A DNA stretch of 64,000 nucleotides from contig JBFKLX010000003.1 in assembly GCA_041630155.1 (NCBI GenBank), forward strand, positions 1,915-65,914, written 5' to 3'. This DNA is from Acidobacteriota bacterium (GTDB lineage: Bacteria > Acidobacteriota > UBA6911 > RPQK01 > JANQFM01). The translations under genes were made by a program, and so were the position numbers. How positions within the stretch are numbered: position 1 is the stretch's first letter; each line of letters starts with the position of its first letter. A model generated the notes under the pieces. The model ran no database searches. It was not told where the DNA came from and saw only the letters and a program-made list of their open reading frames with translations. Shown piece after piece: positions 18,380-28,457 of this stretch.

Positions 18380-18575
18380 TCCGCACCTCGCCAGGCTTGG
18401 TAACCAATCATTGTTCTTCAGTATTCACGGAATGGTGGAGCTCGCCAAGTCATTGGATTCCATTTCTGGTTTGCTGCGACTCGCGGACGGGCAGGGCTCG
18501 GTCGGCTCGCTGAACGCAGGAGGCAAACCTCGTTGCGCCTCCGCAGGATGCCAGGAGTCAGAATCGTCGACTTGG

Positions 18576-18653
18576 CCGACCTCGTGAGGTGCCTTGCCAG
18601 GACGCCGCAATTCACACGCAGCACCTGCCGCAAAGAGGGCGGTCAAATTCCCC
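18576..18653 (+). repeat. ~80-bp conserved intergenic motif, copy R1 (3' side of alr)
   Basis: CCGACCTCGTGAGGTGCCTTGCCAGGACGCCGCAATTCACACGCAGCACCTGCCGC...TCAAATTCC; ~75% identical to 20343-20429; contains a GGTGCC/GGCACC stem. Confidence 0.6.
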
Positions 18654-18668
18654 CGTCCCACTCGAGCA

Positions 18669-18749
18669 AAACTTGCCCTGTCCCCGAACGGGAGGGGGGT
18701 CTTCCTGCGCAGAATATCGGACAGGATTACAGGATCTTCTAGGATTTCG
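18669..18749 (+). repeat. Intergenic GC-rich inverted-repeat element (copy B): AAACTTGCCCTGTCCCC ... GGACAGGATTACAGGATCTTCTAGGATTTCG
   Basis: Shares both sub-motifs with copy A, in swapped order. Confidence 0.6.
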
Positions 18750-18871
18750 TTGAGGTCCAGCCCGGGGCCCACGGTCTGTTTTGGACAGGGCAGTTCCAGG
18801 GCGCACAACGTTTGGGACGTCGCCTCGGCCGGTGCCATCGCACACGAGACGATGTTTACGGATCACGGTAC

Positions 18872-20098
18872 TCAGGCGAGCCGTCTCGGCAAGAGTGGAT
18901 TCAAGTGCATGGTGAGATCGTAGACGGAGGCCCCACAGGCCGCGGAGACATCTTCCGGCCGAGAGCCCGCCCGCCAGTCGAACACCGTGGCAACGTCACC
19001 GACCCCCACCCGAGGGTCGGTGCCAATCTCTACGATGCAGTGGCTCGCCGACACGCTCGCGACAATGGGATAGAATTCGTCTCCGATCCGGACCTTGACA
19101 CTGTTTGCCGCCGAGCGCGGGAGGCCGTCTCCGTGACCCAGCGGCAGCGTTGCCACCCAAACGTCGCGCTCAGCTCGATAGGCGCGGTTGTATCCCGCAC
19201 TATCGCCCCGGCGAAGCTGCTTCACATAGACGACTCGAGTCTTGAGCGCCAGCGCAGGCCTCAGTTCCATGGCGCCGAGCTGTGCGAACTCCGGCTCCGG
19301 GTAGACTCCATAGATTGCCATGCCGGGTCGCACCATGTCGAGAAAGGCTTTGGGATGCTGGAAGAGGGCGTAGCTGGAGGCGGCGTGCTTCTTTCCCAGC
19401 GGAATCCCCTCCGAAGCGAGTCTTCCGCAGAGCGCTTGGAAGCGACCCAGCTGCTCGATGTCGAACTCTGGATCCTCGGTAAATGTCATCATGATGCCAT
19501 CCATCCGAACCGAACTCCGGCTCGCCAGCTCTCGGACCAGCATCGCTGCTTCTCGATGCGGAACACCGACGCGTCCAATGCCGGTGTCGACGCAGACCTG
19601 AATCGGGACGGGTTTTTGTCTCTTGACGGCGAGCCGGTCGAGAGAGTCGCCGATGGGCGTGTACACCATCGGAGTGATTTCGCGCTGGACCGCCTCCTCG
19701 AGGTTCCGGTCGTCGAATGGGCCCATGAGGAGAATGGGTTTCTGAATACCTGCATCTCGAAGCACCATCGCCTCTTGAAGTTTCACCACGGCAACTCCTC
19801 CGATCCCGGCGAGCGGCCCCAGCTGTCGAGCTGCGTTGACCGCTCCCAGGCCGTAACCATTGTTCTTGATGACAGCCAGAATAGGTCGCTTCGAGACGCG
19901 GCGGTGAATCTGGTCGACGTTGTGGCGAAGGTTCTCGCGGTGGATCTCCACCCAGGGATCGAAGGAGGAGCTGCTCTCGTCTGCTGACTGAGGAAGCGTG
20001 CTTCCAGCTGCCGAAGAAAGCGTGTGCGAAGTACGGGCCGTTGCGGCGAGTGCCGCTCCCGCAGTGAGGAACGATCGGCGCGAGAGAGTCATGGTCAC
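18872..20098 (-). CDS. alr: Alanine racemase family PLP enzyme with twin-arginine (TAT) signal peptide, predicted periplasmic
   Basis: SRRSFLTAGAALAA TAT motif; PLP-lysine region AVIKNNGYGLG; 408 aa. Confidence 0.75.
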   Translation of the reverse strand: MTMTLSRRSFLTAGAALAATARTSHTLSSAAGSTLPQSADESSSSFDPWVEIHRENLRHNVDQIHRRVSKRPILAVIKNNGYGLGAVNAARQLGPLAGIGGVAVVKLQEAMVLRDAGIQKPILLMGPFDDRNLEEAVQREITPMVYTPIGDSLDRLAVKRQKPVPIQVCVDTGIGRVGVPHREAAMLVRELASRSSVRMDGIMMTFTEDPEFDIEQLGRFQALCGRLASEGIPLGKKHAASSYALFQHPKAFLDMVRPGMAIYGVYPEPEFAQLGAMELRPALALKTRVVYVKQLRRGDSAGYNRAYRAERDVWVATLPLGHGDGLPRSAANSVKVRIGDEFYPIVASVSASHCIVEIGTDPRVGVGDVATVFDWRAGSRPEDVSAACGASVYDLTMHLNPLLPRRLA

Positions 20099-20342
20099 CT
20101 CCCCGAGAATTCTGGACCAACCGCACTATAACGTTCCCGGAGAAGGGCGGCAATTCAATGAGCTCGAGCCCCCTCCGCCAGTCTTTTTTATAGATGGCAG
20201 GGCTACGCATGACTCATTCGGCCTAATGAGGATGGCAGGCGGGTATACTCGGTGGGCGAGCAGCGCACGGGTGTGGAGCCGCGTCGCGCCACCGCAGAAT
20301 GCCGGCGCGCCGCACGAGTATCGAAACTCTGGCGAAATGCGA

Positions 20343-20429
20343 CCGACCTCGCGAGGTGCCGTGCCAGGGCAGCGCAATTCGCGCGCGGCACCGGCCGCGA
20401 GGGTGGGAGAGGCGGATCGTCAAAGCTCC
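20343..20429 (+). repeat. ~85-bp conserved intergenic motif, copy R2 (5' side of alr)
   Basis: CCGACCTCGCGAGGTGCCGTGCCAGGGCAGCGCAATTCGCGCGCGGCACCGGCCGCGAGGG...TCAAAGCTCC; same orientation as R1. Confidence 0.6.
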
Positions 20430-20450
20430 TTCGCAGTCGCCGACTGAGGC

Positions 20451-21194
20451 TTGCAGATGCTTTTGCCGACCGTGTTCGATCACCTGCTGGCGAGCCTGAT
20501 CTGCCTCGTCTTGCCCGCCGTTGGAGCAATGCAACAACGAGGATCGACCACCCAGGCGGAGCCTGCTGAGTTCGAGCCGTGGGAAAAGATCGCGACCTAC
20601 TGGAGCAACAGCGCCGTGTTGGCCCTGCTCGCCGCTTTGGGGTTACTGACCTGGTGGGCCGCCGGTCGAACCTGGCATGACCTCGGCCTGACGGCGCCAC
20701 CGGCTCGGCTCGGTTGGGGCCTCCTGCTGGCACTGCTCTTTCTCCTCGTGTACGCACTCGATACCTGGCGGCAGCTCATTCCGGAGCGTCTCCCTGCAAC
20801 CAGAGCGAGGTGGCGCCGCGACACCCCTTTCATGCCGCAAACTGCTCTCGAGGTGCGCTACTCCTTGGTGCTGGTGAGTACGGCTGCAGTCGCCGAGGAG
20901 ATTCTCTACCGCGGCTTCCTGATCGCCTACGCGGCGCACTTCACGGGCCCGTCGGCTCTCGGACTTGCGGCGGCAGTCGCCCTGCCGGCCGCGGTTTTCG
21001 GTTTCAGCCATTTCTATCAGGGGTGGCGCGCCGTGTTCAAGATTCTGCTCCTGGCGACTGTGTTCGGCGCGATTTTCCTGGTAACACACTCGCTGTGGAT
21101 CCCCATCCTTCTGCACTTTCTGGTGGATCTCATCGGGATGTTGCTCGGGCCGAAGCTGCTGGGGCCTGGGAAGGGTGGCGCCGCCTCGACGTGA
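20451..21194 (+). CDS. CPBP family intramembrane metalloprotease (CAAX protease-like)
   Basis: EEILYRGF, FGFSH and HFLVD motifs in a polytopic membrane protein. Confidence 0.75.
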   Translation: MQMLLPTVFDHLLASLICLVLPAVGAMQQRGSTTQAEPAEFEPWEKIATYWSNSAVLALLAALGLLTWWAAGRTWHDLGLTAPPARLGWGLLLALLFLLVYALDTWRQLIPERLPATRARWRRDTPFMPQTALEVRYSLVLVSTAAVAEEILYRGFLIAYAAHFTGPSALGLAAAVALPAAVFGFSHFYQGWRAVFKILLLATVFGAIFLVTHSLWIPILLHFLVDLIGMLLGPKLLGPGKGGAAST

Positions 21195-21375
21195 GGTGGG
21201 CTGCTGCGGGGTCCTGATTGAGCGCTGGCCCTGTCTTTCGCATCTTCGATCCTGGACCGGAACCCCGCCGGTTGGAAAGGCCGCCGCTGCCACTGGATCT
21301 TTTGTTTCCGTGGGCCGGAAGCCAACGGCGGCCACGGCCCGCCGCCGCAACCCCGAATCGGGTAAGCTTGCGCCG

Positions 21376-22444
21376 GATGTGGGGACGGGTGGCTCTCGGG
21401 TCGTCGAAATGGTCCGGGCCGCGCCCCGAGCCTTCGACCAGTCTCGATGGAGGATGCATCGTGGAACCGCTTCGTCTCGGGTTCATCGGCGCCGGTGTAA
21501 TGGCGTCCCATACCACCTACCCGAGCCTGCATTTCGCTCCGATCCAGCTGCGAGCCGTCTGTGATGTCGATGAGGCGCGCGCCCGCGCGGCGGCAGAAAA
21601 GTTCGCGAACGGCCGCTGGTACACCGATTTCCGCACCATGTGGGACAAAGAGGATCTCGAGGCGGTGATCGTCCAGATGCACCCGAGCCCGCGCCAGCCG
21701 ATCGTCCTGGAAGCGCTGCGGGCCGGCCTCCATGTCTTCGTGCCCAAGCCTCCGGCCTTCTCGCTGACGGAAGCCCAAGAGTTGTCCGAGGTGTCCCGCC
21801 AGACGGGCAGAACGCTGATGGTCAACTTCCAGCGGCGGTTCAGCTTCGGCGTGTCGCGCGCCCGGCAGATCATGTCGGACCCCGCTTTCGGAAAGCTGAC
21901 TCAGCTCTGCTGTTCCTTCTGCAGCGGCGCCTATGACGAGATCAGGGGAGGCGGCTACGACACGCCGGTTCAGGCCTACGTCCTCGACTTCGCTCTTCAT
22001 CACCTGGATTTGGCTCGATATCTGGGAGGAGAGGTGGCACAGATGTCACTCTTTCACAACCAACTGGAGGGCCGGATCTCGATCGCGGTGGCTCTTCGGT
22101 TCGCCCAGGGAGCCGTGGGGACGCTCCAACTCAACAGTCAGCGCATCTGGTGGCGGAACTACGACCGAATCGAAATCACGGGGCAAGGGGAGTACCTGGT
22201 CGTGGACGGCCTCTGGTCTGTCAAGCACTACACCGAGGCGCGCAACACCTTCACCGAGAACTACAGCGATCAGCGCAGCGGCGAGCTGACCGGCGACGCT
22301 TCGAGCTTGATCGAGTTCGTCGAGGCGATCCGTGAAGCCCGTGAACCGATCTCCAGCATCCGCGATGCGGTCGAGACCATGAGACTCTATCAGGCCGTCT
22401 ACGACGCGCTCCTCGAGGGCTCCGAAGGAGTAATTCCCATCTGA
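21376..22444 (+). CDS. Gfo/Idh/MocA-family NAD(P)-dependent oxidoreductase (start uncertain; GTG near 21460 possible)
   Basis: Rossmann LRLGFIGAGVMAS and EKP-like VFVPKP motifs. Confidence 0.65.
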
Positions 22445-22600
22445 GCCTTCGGTGCAGGAACGCTCGCGGGGACGGCCTCACGGCTCGCCAGACGCGAGCA
22501 ATCCCGCTTCCGGCCCTCCGATTCTCTCGCACAATATTGTTAGTATGATCGGGCACTGGTCAGTAAAACACAGACCTCGACGCGCGCGGAGCAGGCGAGC

Positions 22601-23347
22601 ATGATCGAACTCGAGAACGTCACCAAGTCCTTTGGCCGCCAGCGTGCAGTCGATCGGGTCACGAGCCGTTTCGAGCCGGGCCGCACCCACGTTCTGCTGG
22701 GATCCAGCGGCTGTGGCAAATCCACAATTCTGCGCTTGATCCTGGGGCTTCTGAGGCCCGATTCTGGCGAGATTCGGGTCGACGGTGTCCTGATGGGCCC
22801 CGCCACCCGATCGAAATTGCTGGGGAAAATGGGGTACGTGGTGCAGGAGGGGGGACTCTACCCGCACCTGACCGCCTGCCAAAACGTCACCTTGGGAGCC
22901 GAGGCCCAGAGGTGGCCTCCGGAGCAGACTCGGGAACGAGTGCAGGTCCTGGCGGAGATGGTCGGGTTCCACGACGGAATCCTGGGGCGTTTTCCCAATG
23001 AGCTGAGTGGAGGCCAGCGCCAGAGAGTAGGCCTGATGCGGGCCTTGATGCTCGATCCCCCGCTCCTGTTGCTGGACGAGCCGCTGGCCGCCCTGGACCC
23101 GCTGGTTCGGTCCGATCTGCAGAAGCAGCTCAAAGAGATCTTCATCGCACTGAGCAAGACCGTTCTCCTCGTCACCCACGATATCCGCGAAGCGGTGATC
23201 CTGGGCGAGACCATCACGCTCATGACTGCGGGAAGGGTGGTGCAGCAGGGGACCTTCTCCGATCTGGCCCATCGGCCCTCCACAGCCTTCGTGACGGAAT
23301 TCCTCAACGCCCAGAAGCCCCCACCCGAAATTCAGGAGCAACTCTGA
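22601..23347 (+). CDS. Osmoprotectant (glycine betaine/choline-type) ABC transporter ATP-binding protein
   Basis: Walker A GSSGCGKST, signature LSGGQRQRVGLMRAL, Walker B LLLDEP. Confidence 0.85.
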   Translation: MIELENVTKSFGRQRAVDRVTSRFEPGRTHVLLGSSGCGKSTILRLILGLLRPDSGEIRVDGVLMGPATRSKLLGKMGYVVQEGGLYPHLTACQNVTLGAEAQRWPPEQTRERVQVLAEMVGFHDGILGRFPNELSGGQRQRVGLMRALMLDPPLLLLDEPLAALDPLVRSDLQKQLKEIFIALSKTVLLVTHDIREAVILGETITLMTAGRVVQQGTFSDLAHRPSTAFVTEFLNAQKPPPEIQEQL

Positions 23348-23350
23348 CCC

Positions 23351-24931
23351 ATGGCGCCGAACGCCTGCCGACCCAGTTCGTCGAAGAGAGGCCGCGCCGG
23401 TAGTGTCCGGACGCATCTGACCCTGACGCTCCTGCTGCTCGCGGGCTGCGTCATTCGGGCCGGATGGGCAGCGCCGGAGTCCGTCGTCCGGGTGGGCTCG
23501 AAATCGTTCACCGAAAGCTACATCCTGGGCGAGATCATCGCCCGGATCATCGAGCAGAGCGGGGAAACAAAGGTGAACCGCAGGCTGGGGCTCGGCGGTA
23601 CCGGCATCACCTACCGGGCGATCGCCAATGGAGACATCGACATCTACCCGGAATACACAGGGACGATCACTCGAGCCATTCTCCAGGACCCTTCCGTTCA
23701 GACCGTGGAGGAGATCCGGCGGAGCCTGAAGGCAAACGGGCTGACGATTGGCGATCCGCTGGGGTTCAACAACACCTATGCCTTGGCCGTTCGCCGGGAG
23801 ATGGCCACGCGACTCGAGCTGAACGCCATCAGCGACCTGGGGCGGCATCCCGGTTTGACTGGGGCTTTCAGCGCCGGGTTCCTGGAGCGCGACGACGGCT
23901 GGCCCGGCCTGAGCCGTCATTACGGTTTGAAGTTGGCCGAGGTGCGCCTCATCGAGCATGCGCTGGTCTATGAGGCGCTGGCTCAGGGCAAGGTCGACGT
24001 CATCGACGTCTTTTCCACCGATGGCAAGATCGATCGCCTGGACCTGCAGATCCTGCGCGACGACCGGGGCTTTTTCCCGTCCTACGAAGCCGTCCTGCTC
24101 GTTCGCGAAGATTTCATCGCTCGCTTTCCCGCCACCTGGCAAGCACTCCAACGCACTCTCGCCGGTCGGATCGACCACCGGGAGATGGCGCATTTGAACG
24201 CCCTGGCCGATCTGGAGGGAAAAGGCCTGGCCGAGGTCGGCGCTGCTTTCCTGGGGCAGAGCACTTCGAGTCCGGACCTGCAAACAGAGTGGCAGGGGAC
24301 CCCTCTGCTGGAGGAAATCCTGGTGCTCAGTGTCGATCACCTGTACCTGGTGATTCTCGCGTTGGCGGCCGCCGCGGGGCTGGGCATACCCATGGGAATC
24401 GCCGCCGCCCGCTTCGAGAGACTGGCTCAGTTGGAGCTGATGTCGATCGGTGTGCTGCAGACGATCCCTTCACTGGCCTTGCTTTGCTTCATGATTCCTC
24501 TGTTCGGGATCGGAAAGCTGCCGGCGCTGGTTGCGCTTTTTCTCTATGCGCTGCTACCCATCGTCAGGAACACGTACACGGGCATGATCTCTCTGGACCG
24601 CCGACTTCGGGAGATCGCCATCGTGCTCGGATTGAACGCTTGGCAACGACTGCTGCGGATCGAACTGCCGCTGGCCTCGATGCACATCATGGCCGGCGTG
24701 AAAACCTCTGCCGTCTTCACGGTGGGAACCGCCACCCTGGCGGCCTTCATCGGGGGCGGAGGCTACGGAACGCTGATCGTGCGGGGGCTGGCTCTGGACG
24801 ATCTCTCCACCATCCTGGCCGGTGCAGTGCCGGCAGCACTGATGGCGATGGTGATGCATGGACTGTTCGAGGTGACCGATCGCTTCGTGATTCCCCGGGG
24901 ACTGCGCAAGGACCTCGGTCGTTCCATTTGA
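23351..24931 (+). CDS. Fused substrate-binding domain (OpuAC-like) + permease of osmoprotectant ABC transporter
   Basis: N-terminal signal peptide and binding domain (GSKSFTESYILGEI, YPEYTGT); C-terminal permease with EAA-like loop; 526 aa. Confidence 0.75.
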   Translation: MAPNACRPSSSKRGRAGSVRTHLTLTLLLLAGCVIRAGWAAPESVVRVGSKSFTESYILGEIIARIIEQSGETKVNRRLGLGGTGITYRAIANGDIDIYPEYTGTITRAILQDPSVQTVEEIRRSLKANGLTIGDPLGFNNTYALAVRREMATRLELNAISDLGRHPGLTGAFSAGFLERDDGWPGLSRHYGLKLAEVRLIEHALVYEALAQGKVDVIDVFSTDGKIDRLDLQILRDDRGFFPSYEAVLLVREDFIARFPATWQALQRTLAGRIDHREMAHLNALADLEGKGLAEVGAAFLGQSTSSPDLQTEWQGTPLLEEILVLSVDHLYLVILALAAAAGLGIPMGIAAARFERLAQLELMSIGVLQTIPSLALLCFMIPLFGIGKLPALVALFLYALLPIVRNTYTGMISLDRRLREIAIVLGLNAWQRLLRIELPLASMHIMAGVKTSAVFTVGTATLAAFIGGGGYGTLIVRGLALDDLSTILAGAVPAALMAMVMHGLFEVTDRFVIPRGLRKDLGRSI

Positions 24932-25166
24932 GAACCTTCGGGATGGGCAGCTGGTGCCGTCTCCGATGGTGGGCGACCTCCGTTGGAAGTCTCGAAGAAC
25001 CTCCTCGGCGCGACCGTTGTTGCCGCCCGTTGCACCGGCTGCTATGCTCGGCTCGGAAAGAACCAGGGCCCACCTGCACGGTGAGGCGGTGCGAGCCGTC
25101 GACCGCCCGGCCCTGACACCTTGGGGGCCTTGTCCATACACGGTCGTGCACGGCAATGAGGGGGGC

Positions 25167-26429
25167 ATGGACTCGAACGGGACCGTCACTCTGACGCCCA
25201 CCCGGCGTCGGGAACGCATTCAATCGCTGGACGTGCTGCGGGGATTCGCATTGCTCGGCATCCTGGTCATGAACATCCAGCTCTTCTCGATGATCGAGGC
25301 GGCCTACTTCAACCCCACCGCCTACGGTGACCTGAGCGGCCCCAACTTGTGGGTGTGGATCCTCAGCCACTCGCTGGCGGATCAGAAGTTCATGACGCTA
25401 TTCTCGATCTTGTTTGGAGCTGGGGTCGTGCTGATGAGTTCCCGAGTCGAGTCGCGGGGAGCCAGTGCCGCCCCCGTGCATTATCGTCGGACCCTGGGAC
25501 TGCTCCTGTTCGGCATCATCCACGCCTACTGCTTCTGGTATGGAGACATCCTCGTCTGGTACAGCCTCTGTTCCTTGGTGGTCTTTCTGTTTCGCAGGAA
25601 GAGCCCGCGAACGCTGGTCACCCTGGGCCTGCTCAGCGTGTTGGTTCCCTCGCTGCTCTACGTTCTCTTCGGCCTGGGCATACAGCACATGCCGGAGGAA
25701 GGCCGTCAGGAATTCCTTCAGGATTGGAGGCCGAGCGAGGAGGCGGTGGAAGAGGAGGTCCGAATCTACCGCTCGGGATGGGTGGCCCAGATGGAACATC
25801 GCGTTCCACAGGCCCTCGTCATGCATTCACTGGTCTTCCTGGTTTGGGCCGGCTGGAGAGCGGGGGGGCTCATGCTGGTGGGGATGGCTCTGTTCAAATG
25901 GGGAATCCTCTCGGCCCACCGCTCCGTGAGATTCTATGTGACGATGTCGGTTCTCGGTCTCGGCCTCGGTTGGCCCTTGGTGGGTTACGGGATCAGCCGC
26001 AATTTTGCCGAGGGCTGGTCACTCGAGTTTTCGCGGTTCACGGGCTATCAGTTCAACTACTGGGGGAGCCTGCTCGTCAGTATGGGTTATCTGGGCTTGG
26101 TGATGCTGATCTGCAAGGCCGGGGCCGTGGCGTGGCTGCTGGACGCGCTCGCGTCAGTGGGCCGCCTGGCTCTCACCAATTACCTGTTGCAGACCCTGAT
26201 CTGCACCAGCCTCTTTTACGGCCACGGTCTGGGCCTCTTCGGAAGCGTCGAAAGGATCGGGCAAATCGGGATCGTGGCGGCGATCTGGGTGGTTCAACTC
26301 ATTGCCTCTTCGCTCTGGCTGAGGCGCTTCCAACTGGGGCCCTTCGAATGGCTGTGGCGCTCCATGACCTACCGGCGCTGGCAGCCGCTCGTTTCGTCTG
26401 GAGCCAATCTTGCTGCTGAGAATCCGTGA
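25167..26429 (+). CDS. DUF418/YeiB-family membrane protein
   Basis: SLDVLRGFALLGILVMN at the N-terminus and C-terminal GPFEWLWR motif; start MDSNGT at 25167. Confidence 0.65.
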   Translation: MDSNGTVTLTPTRRRERIQSLDVLRGFALLGILVMNIQLFSMIEAAYFNPTAYGDLSGPNLWVWILSHSLADQKFMTLFSILFGAGVVLMSSRVESRGASAAPVHYRRTLGLLLFGIIHAYCFWYGDILVWYSLCSLVVFLFRRKSPRTLVTLGLLSVLVPSLLYVLFGLGIQHMPEEGRQEFLQDWRPSEEAVEEEVRIYRSGWVAQMEHRVPQALVMHSLVFLVWAGWRAGGLMLVGMALFKWGILSAHRSVRFYVTMSVLGLGLGWPLVGYGISRNFAEGWSLEFSRFTGYQFNYWGSLLVSMGYLGLVMLICKAGAVAWLLDALASVGRLALTNYLLQTLICTSLFYGHGLGLFGSVERIGQIGIVAAIWVVQLIASSLWLRRFQLGPFEWLWRSMTYRRWQPLVSSGANLAAENP

Positions 26430-26551
26430 GACCTGCGCTGGCTGAGGCGTCATCGCGGGACCCCGCAGGAGAGCCGCGAAAGAAAGAACTGCCCTGTCTC
26501 CGTTTCAGCAATCACGCTTCAGCGGAGGGGTGCTCCGAGTTCGAGGACGTC

Positions 26552-27451
26552 TCACCGGACGACCAGGCTGTTGATCGAGAGCAGGCGGCCCTCGAAGCGG
26601 AGCCCGATGTCTCGACCGTTTCTCCTGGCGGAAATGTGCAGGTGCGGTTCGAGCGTGTTGCCCGAGTTGCCGACTCGGCCCAGCAACTGACCGGTTCTGG
26701 AGATCTCGCCCTCGGCTACTGCGATGCTGCCTTGCCTCAGGTGTGCCAATACGACCTCGGCATCTCCACAGTCCAGGACCACGTGGTTGCCCCTCGAGTG
26801 CTCTCTGTCCGGACGGCCGGGCGGGTTGTCCGGCAGGTCGCTTCGCAGCATCGAAACCCTCCCGTCGCAAGGGCTGAACACCTGGTTGCCAAAGATCTGG
26901 TAGGCCTCGAGGATGCCGGGTGCGATCCCGGCAGCGCGATTTCCGAAACGGTTCAGCTCGACAATGTCCAGAGCCAGGCTGTTTCCACTCATCGCATGAA
27001 ACGGATTCGTGATTACGCTGTTGCCTCCCTGCACCACGCAAAAGGTGCCCGAGCTCAGCGGAAAGGACAAGGGAAGCGAATCCGCCTCCCGAAGAAGCGA
27101 GTCGATGAGCCAGAAATCCAGTGCCGCGAAGAGCAGCAGGACGGGCAGTGAAATGCCGAGGCGGGCAAATCTCCGAGGGTTGACCGCAGGTTCGGCGCCC
27201 GCCGGCTGCAGACGCCGATAGGAGCGCAGTACGGCGAATCCGAACACCGCGAGCAGGGCGTACCGCAGGTAGTAACTCGTGAACGCCCAAGGGGCGGCGA
27301 GAAAGGCAAAGACGACGATGCTCCCGGAGGCAAGGACATCGACCATCCAGTGAAGCTGGCGCTCGACTCTCGTCCCCAGGAGCCAAGCGACGCCGATGGT
27401 CCCCACGACTATGGGGGAGACTGCGAAGACCGTCGTAAGAAGCGCATTCAT
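26552..27451 (-). CDS. Membrane-anchored M23 family metallopeptidase
   Basis: N-terminal TM region from MNALLTT; C-terminal GNHVVLD...GNSGNTLEPHLHIS M23 motifs. Confidence 0.7.
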   Translation of the reverse strand: MNALLTTVFAVSPIVVGTIGVAWLLGTRVERQLHWMVDVLASGSIVVFAFLAAPWAFTSYYLRYALLAVFGFAVLRSYRRLQPAGAEPAVNPRRFARLGISLPVLLLFAALDFWLIDSLLREADSLPLSFPLSSGTFCVVQGGNSVITNPFHAMSGNSLALDIVELNRFGNRAAGIAPGILEAYQIFGNQVFSPCDGRVSMLRSDLPDNPPGRPDREHSRGNHVVLDCGDAEVVLAHLRQGSIAVAEGEISRTGQLLGRVGNSGNTLEPHLHISARRNGRDIGLRFEGRLLSINSLVVR

Positions 27452-27617
27452 GGCACGACTCTGCAGCGGTTCTTCCGGGCGGCAGGGAGTCGAAGCCGGA
27501 TTGCGGCGGCTCAGCTTTCCACGCCTGTTCCCGCCACTGCCCGGATCGGAGCTTACTATAGACGAGTGTCGGCCATCGCTGCGAGGGCGATCCAAAAGCT
27601 GATAGCATGCAGAACCA

Positions 27618-28358
27618 ATGGACCACAAGAGAATAGTGCTGCTGGCGTTGATGCCGGTGCTGCTGCTGTGCCTCTCCGGTGCGGCCCGGCTGGCGGCAGA
27701 GGCCGAAGACCAGGAGGTGGGGGGCGAGCGCTCCGGCTTCGTCTTCGCCCGCGTGCAGTTCAATTCCTCGGGGCGGTGGAGCCGCACCCCCGGTTGGGCT
27801 CACGATTACCCGAGGGCCGAGCGAAACTTCCTGAAAATCCTGACGGAAGTCACCAACGTCGATACCGGCCCGGAATCCCACGTGGTCGTACGGTTGGACG
27901 ATCCCGAGATCATGCACTACCCGCTGCTCTATTTCAGCGAGCCGGGAACCTGGAGGATTACCGAAGCCGAAGCCGCGAACTTCCGCCAATACCTGGACCG
28001 GGGTGGATTCGCCATCTTCGACGACTTTGACGGCCGCCGGGACTGGAACATTTTCTACAATTGCCTGAAGCGCGTTGTTCCCGAGCGTGAACTGGAACTG
28101 CTCACCGTGCACGACCCGATCTTTCAATGCTTCTACGACATCGAGACGCTGGACATGGTCCCCCCCTTTCGCTACCGCGACGACCCTCTCTTTTACGGCC
28201 TTCGGGACGAGGTGGGAAGGCTGCAAATCATCGTCAATTTCAACAATGACATCGGGGACTTCTGGGAGTGGTCCGACGAATCCTTGTTTCCCGTCGCCCT
28301 TTCGAACGAAGCCTACAAGCTGGGAATCAACTACGTGGTCTATGCTCTCAGCCACTGA
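27618..28358 (+). CDS. Secreted DUF4159-like protein (conserved EPG motif)
   Basis: Signal peptide; YFSEPGTW; FDDFDG. Confidence 0.45.
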   Translation: MDHKRIVLLALMPVLLLCLSGAARLAAEAEDQEVGGERSGFVFARVQFNSSGRWSRTPGWAHDYPRAERNFLKILTEVTNVDTGPESHVVVRLDDPEIMHYPLLYFSEPGTWRITEAEAANFRQYLDRGGFAIFDDFDGRRDWNIFYNCLKRVVPERELELLTVHDPIFQCFYDIETLDMVPPFRYRDDPLFYGLRDEVGRLQIIVNFNNDIGDFWEWSDESLFPVALSNEAYKLGINYVVYALSH

Positions 28359-28457
28359 GTCGGAGAGCGGGAATCAGGAATTCACGATGTCCCGAGGGCG
28401 GGAGTAGCTGTAAGACCGGGCTTTCTTCCCCGGGCTCGGCTGCCTCTTGGCGAGCCT

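Noticed and set aside
18812-19987. 391-aa plus-strand ORF and 336-aa alternative-frame ORF over the alanine racemase region
   Set aside because: The minus-strand frame gives a complete racemase with TAT signal and PLP-lysine motif; the others are shadow ORFs.
22478-24340. 620-aa minus-strand ORF antisense to the ABC transporter genes
   Set aside because: The plus-strand genes carry unambiguous Walker A, Walker B and ABC signature motifs. Long antisense ORFs are expected in ~67% GC DNA, and this translation is low-complexity (Gly/Arg/Ala-rich).
26505-28355. 616-aa minus-strand ORF spanning the M23 peptidase and DUF4159 region
   Set aside because: It overlaps two better-supported genes (M23 motifs; signal peptide plus EPG motif) in other frames or strands; its translation is Pro/Arg/Gly-rich.
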